A stretch of DNA of 64,000 bases from an uncultured Syntrophaceae bacterium (GTDB lineage: Bacteria > Desulfobacterota > Syntrophia > Syntrophales > UBA2210), in the NCBI GenBank assembly GCA_964394725.1, contig CAYMYS010000002.1:4497-68496 (forward strand), in the 5' to 3' direction. The notes below the pieces were generated by a model. It ran no database searches. It was not told where the DNA came from and saw only the letters and a program-made list of their open reading frames with translations. This document shows, one piece after another, positions 31,252 to 41,350 of this stretch. Numbering within the stretch: the stretch's first letter is position 1; every line of letters starts with the position of its first letter. The position numbers were made by a program, and so were the translations under genes.

Positions 31252-33381
31252 TCATTTTTTTAGATAGGTCTTGATAAGAAATTTAAGAAGGAATCTAAGC
31301 TTCATCCGCATTTTATTTCGCATGTATTCAAGATACTCCGGACCATATTGTATATCTGCCAGCCACAACAGATATTGTTTCTCACAGGTGACGCCCTTGT
31401 CTTCGAGATAGGTATGGGGAAAAATCATAAGAGGGACGGAAGCCGTTTTATATACGCCGATCAAATTCTCGATGGCAGCAGAAAGGACATCCCAGGGCAG
31501 ACTCGCCTGATCACATACGATAATCTTGATGTTATTGAGAATTTCGGCGAGATTGAGTCCCATGTTTGACTGATTCACTATGAGTACGGCTGTCAGCCTT
31601 TGTCCCTTCATCAAGGAGTATGTGTTACATTTCCGGAGGAGACCATTTCGTTCATATATCTTTTCAAGGGATTCGTATCCCGAAAATTTGTGCTTCAGGC
31701 CGAGGGCATCAAGAAGGAGTCCCCCGGAACAGTGATTATAGAAACGCTCTAATTCCGATACCTCCGATAAAGCAGATTCCTTTAAAGACCACCCTTGAGG
31801 CAGTTGTACAGTTGAAGAACGCTTCAGGTAGGTCTTGTATGAAAAGAGATCGAGGGAACAACGCTTGGGATCCTTGAAATCTCTTACAAGATCTCCGAAA
31901 AAGTAATTGGGAAATCGGTTCTCGGGGCGAAAATAGAACATCAGATAATTGAAGTTTACAGAAGGAAGATAATTCAGTCCCGACAGATAGTGCAATATCT
32001 GTCTCAGGACTGGAAGACCGGTATGTTTTTTTTCAGCAGGCCTTGCGGCTAGATGGTGAAACATCCAGGCACGTTCGTACGCCCTTACCATAGATGCATG
32101 GCCATATATTTTCCCGTTTTTCTGATAGGTTATATGCATCGCAATCTCTGGTTTATCCTGATAGAGACGTTTGTATGTATCCTTGAAGGCATCCGTGTTC
32201 TCCTGGATAAGATCGTATTTCTTGGGGTAGATGAACCCCGTATTGAAGAAAAATTCCCACAGGGCATCTACATCAATGTCATCGGATATACGGATGTTGC
32301 TGTCGATACTGTTGGTAATGATATTACTCAGTTGTCGATAGGTGACAATATCCATATCCAACAATGCAAAACCGAAACGAAAGTATCCCTTCTTTTCGGT
32401 GCGGCGGTAGATTACTTGGGCTTTGCAGGTTATCTTCAATCTGCCGGAAAAGGTGATGTTCAGTTTTGAAATTATCATTCCGGGGACAAGGACGCTTTCA
32501 TCGGCCTTTTCGCGCACGGAAAAACCTGAAATAGCGATGTCATGAACATCAAGTCTGGTCGCCTTGTGAAAGAAAGGATGGGTAAAGGTTACATAGGCAG
32601 GCGGTTTCAGCTGAACACGGGGATTTCTCCCCTTTTTTTTCTGGAAGCGCGCAATTTGCATGTTCGATGCAGAGAGTACCAATTCTTTTTCTGACAAGTT
32701 GTAGGTTTCCCTGATGCACCTGCAGGGTCCCGAGAAGATTATTTCCTGGTTTTGGTACAGAGAGAGTGTAATTTGACCCTTCGCGTTAAACCAGAGGAAA
32801 GAAGAGTTGAGATCAGGGGTGACCTTAATGCGGAATGCGAGGGGACTGAAATCTACTAGTGTTCCCTGCGCCATCAAGCCGCTCTGATTCAGTTCGGACC
32901 ATATATTGCGGCATTTGTAACGCCGTGCCTGTCGTTTGCCAACGCGAAAAATGCTATGGGGAAAATCAATGGAAAAATCCGACTCGGCAATATTCCTTAT
33001 ACTGACGGGGGCGACAGTTACGGACAGGCCGTCTACTATGATGAGATGGCTGAATTTGTAGTGCTGAAATTTTGTAAAATCGTCGTTAGACCAGCGGCAC
33101 GTTATATTGTCTAGCAGGCAGGGTCCAGGATAGGCCCGAATAAGTATATCTTCTCCATACTGCGGGTCTACGAGGTGAAAAAGGACATAACCACCCGTAA
33201 AATGGATGTGATTCAGTGTGCTTGAAAGGTGTTTTTTATCTATTGATTGTGAAGAATCGAGACAGCTGACAAGATCAATGTGCTGGAACAAAGAGGGGAG
33301 CAAAAGGAGTTCTTCTGTGGAGATATCAGCATTGTTTCTTTCGGCAGTACTGAGGGAATATATATTGTTGCTTTTACTCAT
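31252..33381 (-). CDS. Large uncharacterised protein with two PilZ-like (c-di-GMP-binding type) modules and an unassigned C-terminal half
   Basis: Two RxxxR...D/NxSxxG-like signatures are present: RQARRYKC...GTLVDFSPLAFRI and RNPRVQLK...DVHDIAISGFSV. About 350 C-terminal residues have no motif I can name. Confidence 0.55.
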   Translation of the reverse strand: MSKSNNIYSLSTAERNNADISTEELLLLPSLFQHIDLVSCLDSSQSIDKKHLSSTLNHIHFTGGYVLFHLVDPQYGEDILIRAYPGPCLLDNITCRWSNDDFTKFQHYKFSHLIIVDGLSVTVAPVSIRNIAESDFSIDFPHSIFRVGKRQARRYKCRNIWSELNQSGLMAQGTLVDFSPLAFRIKVTPDLNSSFLWFNAKGQITLSLYQNQEIIFSGPCRCIRETYNLSEKELVLSASNMQIARFQKKKGRNPRVQLKPPAYVTFTHPFFHKATRLDVHDIAISGFSVREKADESVLVPGMIISKLNITFSGRLKITCKAQVIYRRTEKKGYFRFGFALLDMDIVTYRQLSNIITNSIDSNIRISDDIDVDALWEFFFNTGFIYPKKYDLIQENTDAFKDTYKRLYQDKPEIAMHITYQKNGKIYGHASMVRAYERAWMFHHLAARPAEKKHTGLPVLRQILHYLSGLNYLPSVNFNYLMFYFRPENRFPNYFFGDLVRDFKDPKRCSLDLFSYKTYLKRSSTVQLPQGWSLKESALSEVSELERFYNHCSGGLLLDALGLKHKFSGYESLEKIYERNGLLRKCNTYSLMKGQRLTAVLIVNQSNMGLNLAEILNNIKIIVCDQASLPWDVLSAAIENLIGVYKTASVPLMIFPHTYLEDKGVTCEKQYLLWLADIQYGPEYLEYMRNKMRMKLRFLLKFLIKTYLKK

Positions 33382-33516
33382 AACCTGAACGCGTATGCTA
33401 TTGTCATTCTATTGTCAGTGAAGCCTGGGCGAAAGGGACGACATGGTGGGATAATAGAATGTCGAAACATTAAAAGATCGTGGTTACATGTCATAATATT
33501 ACTTGAGGGGCTGTCA

Positions 33517-33801
33517 TTATTCAGAGTTCAAATTCTCTTTCAGCTTGCGCGAACATTTGAAGGTGACAACCTTGCGTCCATCAAGCATCAAGGCTGTTCC
33601 AGACTGGGGATTTCTTCCCTTGCGTGGATTTTTGTCTCTAACCGACCATTTGCCGAATCCGGAGATGAGGACGTGATTTTCAGACACCAAATCCTCTTTG
33701 ATTAATTCGAAAACACTTTCAACAAGAGAAGAACTTTTTTCCTTGGAAAAGGCGGTGCTTGAGTTAAGATTATTGACTATTTCGGCTTTTGTAAGAGTCA
33801 T
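33517..33801 (-). CDS. ihfA: Integration host factor subunit alpha-like (HU/IHF family)
   Basis: MTLTKAEIV...ISGFGKWSVRDKNPRKGRNPQSGTALMLDGRKVVTFKCSRKLK matches the IHF-alpha arm and body pattern. Confidence 0.8.
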   Translation of the reverse strand: MTLTKAEIVNNLNSSTAFSKEKSSSLVESVFELIKEDLVSENHVLISGFGKWSVRDKNPRKGRNPQSGTALMLDGRKVVTFKCSRKLKENLNSE

Positions 33802-34294
33802 ACTGCTTTCCTTTCTTATAATATCATTACTGACAAAATCGCTTTTCTTGAGGGTACCTATTAATAATTACCTCTATAACACCGGTATATATTAGGTAAA
33901 AGGACTTTTTGTCAATAAAAATATTGGATTAGTTGAGATAAAAATCATGGTCGCTGTGAGAAAGGGTAAAAAGTGAAAGCCCGTATTGCCTTTTCAACGG
34001 CATACTGCGGGAAAGGAGGGACTGGTAAGGGAAATTATATAAGCTCCCTCGTGAACCGATATGAGTAGGGCCTCAAAGAGAAGGATCTGCATCGGCTTCA
34101 GATATTATCCAGCATAAAATTCAAATGCATAGGGATGTAAGACGATAAATAGATGATATAATAAACTATACGAGTCAATGAATCTAAAATTATTAACTTG
34201 ATTTATATTCAAGATTTAGAATAAACTGAAAAGGGTCAATAAGTTAGAATCATGATAGTTTTTAGTATTAATGCATGTGGTGATGAAATAAAGC

Positions 34295-36898
34295 ATGTCA
34301 GGGAAAGGAATGGAGATGAAACTTATGAGCTGGTTTGAAGATATGTCATTGGAAAATAAAAATCTCTACTATAAGCTCAAAACAGTCTTCGGTCTTTTTT
34401 TCCTCTTACCGGTTTTCGGATTCCTTTACTTTCTCGTTACCTATAACCTGCTGGAAAATGTTTATGTACTCCTCTTTTTCATTATCTTTCTACTATGCTC
34501 TTTTTTGGGTTTTATCACCTTGCGCACCCTTTTCGAAAAGATAGAAAAGATTTCAACGGATATTTCAAAAACAGTAGAAAATGAAACCACGTTGGTGAAG
34601 AAGGAAGACGATCATGACGAATTGAACAGCATACTTAATTCCTTTCATACCTTTGAGGATCGTCTCCGGGAGACCAATGTGAAACTTGATAATAAAGTTT
34701 CAGAAGTATCCGTATTAAAAGAACTATCCGACCTCTGTTACATTACAGTTAATCCAGACGAACTCTTATACGTTACACTGGAACGGGCCCTCAAGCTTAT
34801 GAAATCCGATATTGGATCAGTTCTTGTTCTTGAAGAAGGCTATCGGAACGAGAAATCCTTTGTTGTAAAGGCCACTATTGGTCTGGGGGATAAAGTGAAG
34901 GTGGGAGACCGGGTAGATTTTGAATCAAGTATCGCAAAGTATGCCGTAATCAACAAATCACCCCTGGTGATAGGGGACGTGGAGTCGGATGATCGTTTCG
35001 GAAGACTGAATCGGCCGCAATATGGTTCGAAATCATTCGTCTGCATGCCGATCAAGGCCATGCGAGATATCATAGGTGTGCTCAATATCTCAAAGAGAAA
35101 GGACGATTCACCATTCCTCAAGGAAGAGATAGACGCACTGACACCACTCTTATCCAATGCGGCCTTTACCTATGAAAATCTTCGCCTCCAGAAAGAAGGG
35201 GCAGACTATGCAGAGAAACTTCAGGGACTGAGTAAACTCTTCAATGTGATGCGTTCAAGTCTGATAGACAATGAACTATATCAGGCCCTCTTCAATGAAA
35301 TCCAATCGATTATCCCCTTCAAGGTGACAATATTAATGATTACCGATGAAAACAGACCAGATAAAATTGTAATACTTGATTTTCTGGCTACCTCTGAAAC
35401 AAGTATATCAAAGGGAAAGAGCTACAAGATGGAAGGCTCGGCAATGGACAGGGTGTACAGGCAGGGGAAAATAGTTGTCATTGAAGATGTTGAAAGATTG
35501 TCTCATGAAACAGATACCACGATACTGGGAAGTCATGGCGGTAAGGCCTCTATAATTGTTCCTCTGGTGATTGGCGGTACTATTATGGGAGTCCTGATCT
35601 TCGGCATGGAGGACGAACAGGATATCCAAACATACAAAGAATATATGGAGCATATTGCAGATATCTTTTCGCTGGCCATTGAAAAGAACAGGCTGGCTTC
35701 CCTGGTTATAAAAAGAAGCAATGAACTGGATACAATAAAGCAGATCGGAAGCGCACTCGCCTCATCAACCTTCGAAATGACTAAGGTGCTCCAGTACACA
35801 ATGGACATGATTAAAATGGTGGTCAATGTCGAGGCCGGCTCATTGCTGCTGCTCGATGGTAAGGAACTGGAATTTAAGGTAGCTCTCAATATAGATGTGT
35901 CAAAGCTTGAAACGATCAGAGTAAGGCTTGGACAGGGAATAGCAGGATATGTGGCCGCACTCGGCGAATCGGTCATAGAAAATAATATAGAACGATCGTC
36001 AATGTTTGATTCATCAGTCGATGTACTGACGGGATATGTGACGAGGGCGATCTTGTGTGTTCCAATTATTTCGCAGGGAAAGGTTATAGGTGTCATCGAG
36101 GTCATCAATAAGATTGGCGGAAGCTTTGGCATAAATGATCAGTATCTTCTGCAGTCCATTGCCTCCTCTGTCAGTATAGCAATAGAAAATGCACGTCTCT
36201 ATAGAGAAACCGTGTCAATGGCTGAGCATGAACGAGGGATACGCCAAATATTCCAGAAATTTGTGCCCGGAGAGATTGTTGACAAGATTATTCATGGAGC
36301 AGAACATGAAAAGGTAATGATCGAGGAGTTCAGGACTCTGACGCTACTCAACATAGATATGCGCGGATTTTCCATACTTGCCATGGATATAGGGCCGCAA
36401 AAAACGGTGGCAGTATTAAACCATTTTTTTTCCACCATGGGGGAGATAGTATTTTCCAATCACGGGATAGTGGACAAATATCTAGGCGATGGTTTTCTCG
36501 CCATATTCGGCGCCCCCGTATCGAGCGCTGCCGATGCGGATAATGCAATTAATGCCGCGCTGGCTATGCAAGGCGCCATGGAAGAATTGAACAGTTACTT
36601 CAAGAAGGAAGCAGGCATATCGGTGAAGATAGGAATAAGCATTCATACAGGTGAGGCAGTGGTGGGAAATATTGGTTTTGAGAAAAAAATGGATTATACC
36701 GTTATAGGTGATTCTGTGAATACCGTATTCAGCCTTCAGGAGGTTACCAAGACGATACCGAACAGTATTGTCATCAGCGACAAGACGTTGCGGGCGGCAC
36801 AATCTCTCGTTGATGTGAGGGAACTCACCATACATGAAGGCGATTATAAACTTGTGGATATGAAGGTTTACGAACTGAAAGGACGCAAAAACCATTAA
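34295..36898 (+). CDS. Membrane-anchored multi-GAF class III adenylate/guanylate cyclase
   Basis: Has N-terminal TM helices, three GAF-like blocks, and a C-terminal CYCc domain (LLNIDMRGFS...KYLGDGFLAIFGAP...IHTGEAVVGNIG). Several in-frame Met codons (34310, 34316) are alternative starts. Confidence 0.85.
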   Translation: MSGKGMEMKLMSWFEDMSLENKNLYYKLKTVFGLFFLLPVFGFLYFLVTYNLLENVYVLLFFIIFLLCSFLGFITLRTLFEKIEKISTDISKTVENETTLVKKEDDHDELNSILNSFHTFEDRLRETNVKLDNKVSEVSVLKELSDLCYITVNPDELLYVTLERALKLMKSDIGSVLVLEEGYRNEKSFVVKATIGLGDKVKVGDRVDFESSIAKYAVINKSPLVIGDVESDDRFGRLNRPQYGSKSFVCMPIKAMRDIIGVLNISKRKDDSPFLKEEIDALTPLLSNAAFTYENLRLQKEGADYAEKLQGLSKLFNVMRSSLIDNELYQALFNEIQSIIPFKVTILMITDENRPDKIVILDFLATSETSISKGKSYKMEGSAMDRVYRQGKIVVIEDVERLSHETDTTILGSHGGKASIIVPLVIGGTIMGVLIFGMEDEQDIQTYKEYMEHIADIFSLAIEKNRLASLVIKRSNELDTIKQIGSALASSTFEMTKVLQYTMDMIKMVVNVEAGSLLLLDGKELEFKVALNIDVSKLETIRVRLGQGIAGYVAALGESVIENNIERSSMFDSSVDVLTGYVTRAILCVPIISQGKVIGVIEVINKIGGSFGINDQYLLQSIASSVSIAIENARLYRETVSMAEHERGIRQIFQKFVPGEIVDKIIHGAEHEKVMIEEFRTLTLLNIDMRGFSILAMDIGPQKTVAVLNHFFSTMGEIVFSNHGIVDKYLGDGFLAIFGAPVSSAADADNAINAALAMQGAMEELNSYFKKEAGISVKIGISIHTGEAVVGNIGFEKKMDYTVIGDSVNTVFSLQEVTKTIPNSIVISDKTLRAAQSLVDVRELTIHEGDYKLVDMKVYELKGRKNH

Positions 36899-36948
36899 AG
36901 GTATTACCCCTAAAGAAGATTTAAAGGGAAGGGAAATTTAGACTATTT

Positions 36949-37722
36949 ATGCAAAAGAGGGTAAAGAAGGGAAATGTCGTCATTGTCCTGAACAGGCCTA
37001 AGCACTCAACGAATATTGGATTTGTTGTTCGATGCGCCAGAAATAGGGGGATTGACAGGCTCATTGTAATAAAAAGGCGAAGGGGGTATGACGAAGAGGA
37101 GATCAAGAGAACGGCAACCCACTTTGGAGCGGATCTGGTAGAGGGGATAGAGTATTTCGATGATCTAGAATTGGCTCTCGCACAATTTCAGTATGTAGTG
37201 GGGACAACGGCACGATACGGTAACACGAATCTCAAAAGAGAAATTACCGGTCCAAGGGAGATGGCCGCAAAACTGGCAGCAATAGCTCAGGGCAATGAAG
37301 TGGCCCTCTTGTTCGGTCCCGAGGATAGAGGACTTACAAACGATGAATTGAAATACTGTGATCTGTTGGTTACCATCCCCGTATCCGATGATATGAGGTC
37401 TATAAACCTTTCACATGCAGTCATGGTGCTTTGTTACGAAATCTTTATTGCTGCAAATGGATCTATCGGAACATTCACTCCCAAGCTTGCGACATCTCAA
37501 GAGAAAGAGGACATGCTTGCCCATCTGAAGGAGATATTTATCAAGATAAATTTCATAAACCCCGAAAATCCTGAATACTGGATGACGGCTATTCGGCATT
37601 TTTTTTCGCGGATCAAACTCTGTTCAAAGGATGTCAGGATTATAAGGGGAATATGCAGGCAGATTGATCTCTATGGGAAGGGAAAGACGAAAGATTATGC
37701 CGCTTTTCATGAGGACGCCTAG
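36949..37722 (+). CDS. SpoU/TrmH-family RNA 2'-O-methyltransferase (TrmJ-like)
   Basis: VVIVLNRPKHSTNIGFVVRCARN, ALLFGPEDRGL and IPV...SINLSHAV are the three SPOUT motifs. Confidence 0.8.
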   Translation: MQKRVKKGNVVIVLNRPKHSTNIGFVVRCARNRGIDRLIVIKRRRGYDEEEIKRTATHFGADLVEGIEYFDDLELALAQFQYVVGTTARYGNTNLKREITGPREMAAKLAAIAQGNEVALLFGPEDRGLTNDELKYCDLLVTIPVSDDMRSINLSHAVMVLCYEIFIAANGSIGTFTPKLATSQEKEDMLAHLKEIFIKINFINPENPEYWMTAIRHFFSRIKLCSKDVRIIRGICRQIDLYGKGKTKDYAAFHEDA

Positions 37723-37799
37723 GGAAGTGACACGGTAAGCATAGTAGGCCTTTAGAGGCCTGCGACAAAGGGATGACATAGTGTAAGGAGTATATATCA

Positions 37800-38771
37800 A
37801 TGATTATTGTGACTGGTGGTGCAGGTTTTATAGGGAGTGCCTTTGTCTGGAAATTAAACATGGAGGGACGGGACGATATCATTATCGTTGACGAACTGGG
37901 GACTTCCGACAAATGGAAAAACCTGATAAATCTCAAGTATAACGATTATTTACACAAAAATGTTTTCTTGCAGATGATCTGCGAGAACAGTGTACCCTAT
38001 AGGGTTGATACCGTGATTCATATGGGGGCCTGTTCTTCAACAACAGAGAGAGATGCCGATTATCTGATGGAGAATAACTACCGCTATAGCCGCATGGTCG
38101 CCGAATGGGCGCTGAAAAGGGATATACGATTTATATACGCAAGTTCGGCGGCAACCTATGGTGATGGAAGTTCGGGGTTTTCCGACAGCCATGATGAGTG
38201 TCTATCTTTGAAGCCGATCAACATGTATGGATATTCGAAACAATTGTTCGATCTGTGGGTCCTCCGGAACAATATGGAGGACAAGGTAGCCGGTATTAAG
38301 TTCTTTAATGTATTTGGTCCCAATGAATACCACAAGGGCGACATGAGAAGCGTTGTTCATAAATCATTCGGACAGATTAGTGGAGAGGGAAAGGTAAGAC
38401 TCTTTAAGTCCTATAAGGATGAATATGGTGCGGGAGAACAGAAGAGGGATTTTGTTTATATCAGGGACTGTGTTGAAGTCCTGTGGTGGCTGGTTAAAAA
38501 TACTACTGCGACGGGAATTTTCAATCTGGGGACGGGGACAGCGCGCACCTGGAATGATCTGGTTCGAGCGGTCTTCACAGCAATGGATATTGAAGCGGAT
38601 ATAGAGTACATAGATATGCCGGAATCCATACGGAACCAGTATCAGTATTTTACGGAAGCAGAGATGGGAAAGCTCAGGTTAAAGGGATGTGACATACAAT
38701 TTCATAGACTGGAAGATGCCATATACGACTATGTCGTAAACTATTTACGAGAGGGTGAACGCACACTGTAA
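37800..38771 (+). CDS. hldD: ADP-L-glycero-D-manno-heptose 6-epimerase
   Basis: MIIVTGGAGFIGS, ACSSTTE, ASSAATYG, YGYSK and FNVFGPNEYHKG are colinear with E. coli HldD/RfaD as I recall it. Confidence 0.9.
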   Translation: MIIVTGGAGFIGSAFVWKLNMEGRDDIIIVDELGTSDKWKNLINLKYNDYLHKNVFLQMICENSVPYRVDTVIHMGACSSTTERDADYLMENNYRYSRMVAEWALKRDIRFIYASSAATYGDGSSGFSDSHDECLSLKPINMYGYSKQLFDLWVLRNNMEDKVAGIKFFNVFGPNEYHKGDMRSVVHKSFGQISGEGKVRLFKSYKDEYGAGEQKRDFVYIRDCVEVLWWLVKNTTATGIFNLGTGTARTWNDLVRAVFTAMDIEADIEYIDMPESIRNQYQYFTEAEMGKLRLKGCDIQFHRLEDAIYDYVVNYLREGERTL

Positions 38772-38848
38772 GGGAAATCACTTGAGGCATGAAGAGAGAA
38801 GGAGTGTTTGACCGTAATATAAAATCATTGCACGAGGGCGGAGGATTA

Positions 38849-39655
38849 ATGAAGATAGTAAGATTTATTACAGCGGATGGTGAGGTCGTGAATGGTGTCG
38901 TAGAAGGGGCGCTGGATGAAGCAAAGATAATAGAGGGAGATATCTTCGAAAACTTTGAGGTGACAGAGAGAGTTGAAAGAATCGAAAAATTGTTGGCCCC
39001 TCTGAAACCGACAAATATTATTGCACTGGGTTTGAATTATGGAAAGCATGCAGACGAGACAGGGATAAGAAAACCTGAAACGCCGGTCATGTTTATTAAG
39101 GCGACAAACACAGTCACAGGTCACGGAGATTATATAATCCTTCCCGAGGCGGGGCCAGATGAAGTGGATTATGAAGCAGAGCTTGCCCTTGTCATCGGAC
39201 GGGACGCAAAGAACCTGTCACCAGAGGAAGTAAATGATTGTATTTTCGGATATACCTGCACAAACGACGTCAGCGCGCGAGACTGGCAGATATACAGGCA
39301 GAAGAAGCAGTGGGCCAGGGGGAAGAGTTTTGATACCTTCTGTCCCATGGGACCCTGGCTGGTTACAAAGGACGAAATAGGAGATCCTGATAATCTGCGG
39401 ATACGGGCCATACTGAATGGAGAGGTAATGCAGGATTCCAGTACCTCTGACATGATTTTCGACACCAGGGCCATCATCAGCGATCTCAGCAGATCAATGA
39501 CACTGCTGAAGGGGACGGTTATTATGACGGGAACGCCCGAAGGTGTGGGTTTTACGAGGGTGCCACCCATTTTTCTCAGGGAAGGTGACACCATCACCGT
39601 AGAGATAGAAAGGGTGGGGACGCTGACCAATCCTGTGAAGAGGGAAAAGATGTAA
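38849..39655 (+). CDS. Fumarylacetoacetate hydrolase family protein
   Basis: The FAH fold is indicated by NYGKHADE, DYEAELALVIG, NDVSARD and GTPEGVG. The start is set at MKIVRF (GGAGGA upstream) rather than 38789. Confidence 0.85.
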   Translation: MKIVRFITADGEVVNGVVEGALDEAKIIEGDIFENFEVTERVERIEKLLAPLKPTNIIALGLNYGKHADETGIRKPETPVMFIKATNTVTGHGDYIILPEAGPDEVDYEAELALVIGRDAKNLSPEEVNDCIFGYTCTNDVSARDWQIYRQKKQWARGKSFDTFCPMGPWLVTKDEIGDPDNLRIRAILNGEVMQDSSTSDMIFDTRAIISDLSRSMTLLKGTVIMTGTPEGVGFTRVPPIFLREGDTITVEIERVGTLTNPVKREKM

Positions 39656-39766
39656 CTATAATAAGTGCCGGAAAAGGAATGTGACATACTGGATAGAGTT
39701 GCTACATTATAGCGTTATATAAGCAGTTTACTGTTAAACAAGGTGCGACGCAAAGAGGAGGATTTC

Positions 39767-41257
39767 ATGGGCGGGGAAAACAGAATGAAAAGAAGAAATT
39801 TTTTTATGGTGCTTCTTTCTTTTCTAGTAATTACACTGATCATTTCATTCATAGGGGCTATTAAATTTTCGACAATAACCTTGGGATTATACCAGACTGA
39901 TGCAGTCGCAGCATCTACAACGGATACCATTGGAACGCCCTTATCCTTTGCCGATCTGGCGGAAAGGCTCAAGCCCTCAGTAGTCAATATCAGTACAACA
40001 AAGACAGTAACATCGGGCGGTATGAGATCACTGGAATCACCCTTAAGGGGATCGCCCTTTGAAAAGTTTTTCGATGGTGACGAATTTTTCAAGAAATTTT
40101 TCGGCGATGTTCCTGAAAGACAATTCAAACAGAGAAGCCTTGGATCAGGATTCATTATCAGCAAGGGAGGATACATCTTTACGAATAATCACGTTATCGA
40201 ACAGGCAGACAAGATACTGGTTAAATTGTCCAATGGTAAGGAATATGTCGCAGAGGTGAAGGGTAAGGATGAAAAGACAGATATAGCCCTGATAAAAATT
40301 GACGCAAAAAATGATCTGCCCGTTGCTAACCTTGGAGACTCATCAAAAATTCGCGTAGGAGACTGGGTAGTGGCAATCGGAAATCCCTTTGGCCTCGAAC
40401 AAACAGTTACGGCGGGCATTGTTAGTGCCAAGGGGCGAGTTATCGGGGCGGGACCATATGATGATTTCATTCAAACCGATGCCTCAATTAATCCCGGAAA
40501 CAGCGGAGGACCTCTTTTTAACCTCAAGGGTGAAGTTGTGGGAATCAATACGGCTATAATTGCCAAGGGACAGGGAATAGGTTTTGCCATACCCATAGAT
40601 ATGGCAACAAAGATAATGGAACAGTTGAAAGAAAAGGGTAAGGTCGTCCGTGGGTGGCTTGGAGTATCGGTCCAGGATATAACTGAAGATATAGCAAAAC
40701 AGCTTGACATAAAGACAAAAGAGGGCGCCCTAATTGCCGATGTATTCAAAGGTGACCCGGCAGATAAAGCGGGGATCAAGACGGGCGATGTCATAATAAA
40801 AATAGACGGTCATGAGATTAAAAATACACATGAACTGCTGAAAATAGTTGCCGGGGTTGAAGTAGGAAAAGATGTTACTGTTAGGATAATAAGAAATGGC
40901 AAGAAGAAAAACCTTAAGGTAACGGTAACAGAGCGTCCAGAGAAGGGGAAAATAGAGGGAGTCATTCAGGGAAAAGAGTATTTCGGCATGACAGTGCAGG
41001 AAATAACACCCGATATGGCGGACCACCTGGGGATGAAAGATATATATGGGGTAATTGTCACAGTCGTCAAAAGAGGAAGCCCGGCAGATGAAGCACAGAT
41101 AAAGGGAGAAGATATAATACTGCAGGTAAACAGAACGCGAATCTCATCTCTGGAGGAATATCTGAGGATAATGTCTCAAGTTGAGTCGGAAGACAGTGTA
41201 CTTATGCTGGTAAGAAGGGGAGATATGAAATTTTTCACAGTTATTCGAAAGCAGTAA
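39767..41257 (+). CDS. Periplasmic serine endoprotease DegP/HtrA family (two PDZ domains)
   Basis: Has a signal anchor (MKRRNFFMVLLSF...) and the catalytic triad context (TNNHV, DIALIKI, GNSGGPL), followed by two PDZ blocks. The start is either 39767 (GGAGGA, 4-nt spacer) or 39785. Confidence 0.9.
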   Translation: MGGENRMKRRNFFMVLLSFLVITLIISFIGAIKFSTITLGLYQTDAVAASTTDTIGTPLSFADLAERLKPSVVNISTTKTVTSGGMRSLESPLRGSPFEKFFDGDEFFKKFFGDVPERQFKQRSLGSGFIISKGGYIFTNNHVIEQADKILVKLSNGKEYVAEVKGKDEKTDIALIKIDAKNDLPVANLGDSSKIRVGDWVVAIGNPFGLEQTVTAGIVSAKGRVIGAGPYDDFIQTDASINPGNSGGPLFNLKGEVVGINTAIIAKGQGIGFAIPIDMATKIMEQLKEKGKVVRGWLGVSVQDITEDIAKQLDIKTKEGALIADVFKGDPADKAGIKTGDVIIKIDGHEIKNTHELLKIVAGVEVGKDVTVRIIRNGKKKNLKVTVTERPEKGKIEGVIQGKEYFGMTVQEITPDMADHLGMKDIYGVIVTVVKRGSPADEAQIKGEDIILQVNRTRISSLEEYLRIMSQVESEDSVLMLVRRGDMKFFTVIRKQ

Positions 41258-41274
41258 TTCAGAGAAATTCCTTC

Positions 41275-41303
41275 GAGGAAGGGGCAGAATATGCCCCTTC
41301 CTC
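41275..41303 (+). terminator. Terminator hairpin after the degP-like gene
   Basis: An 11-bp stem, GAGGAAGGGGC-agaatat-GCCCCTTCCTC, 18 nt after the stop. The downstream tract is A/T-rich but is not a clean T-run. Confidence 0.55.
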
Positions 41304-41350
41304 AATAATTATTTACAAAGACAAAAAAGAGGAATAAAAGGGAGAGCACA

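Noticed and set aside
33802-34294. I considered the 493-bp AT-rich divergent spacer next to ihfA as an alternative oriC or a large ncRNA.
   Set aside because: - It has only one degenerate DnaA-like box (TTATCCAGC, about 34105).
- There is no strand-orientation switch of the surrounding genes consistent with an origin.
- No stable conserved-looking helices are present.
- It is most simply two divergent promoters.
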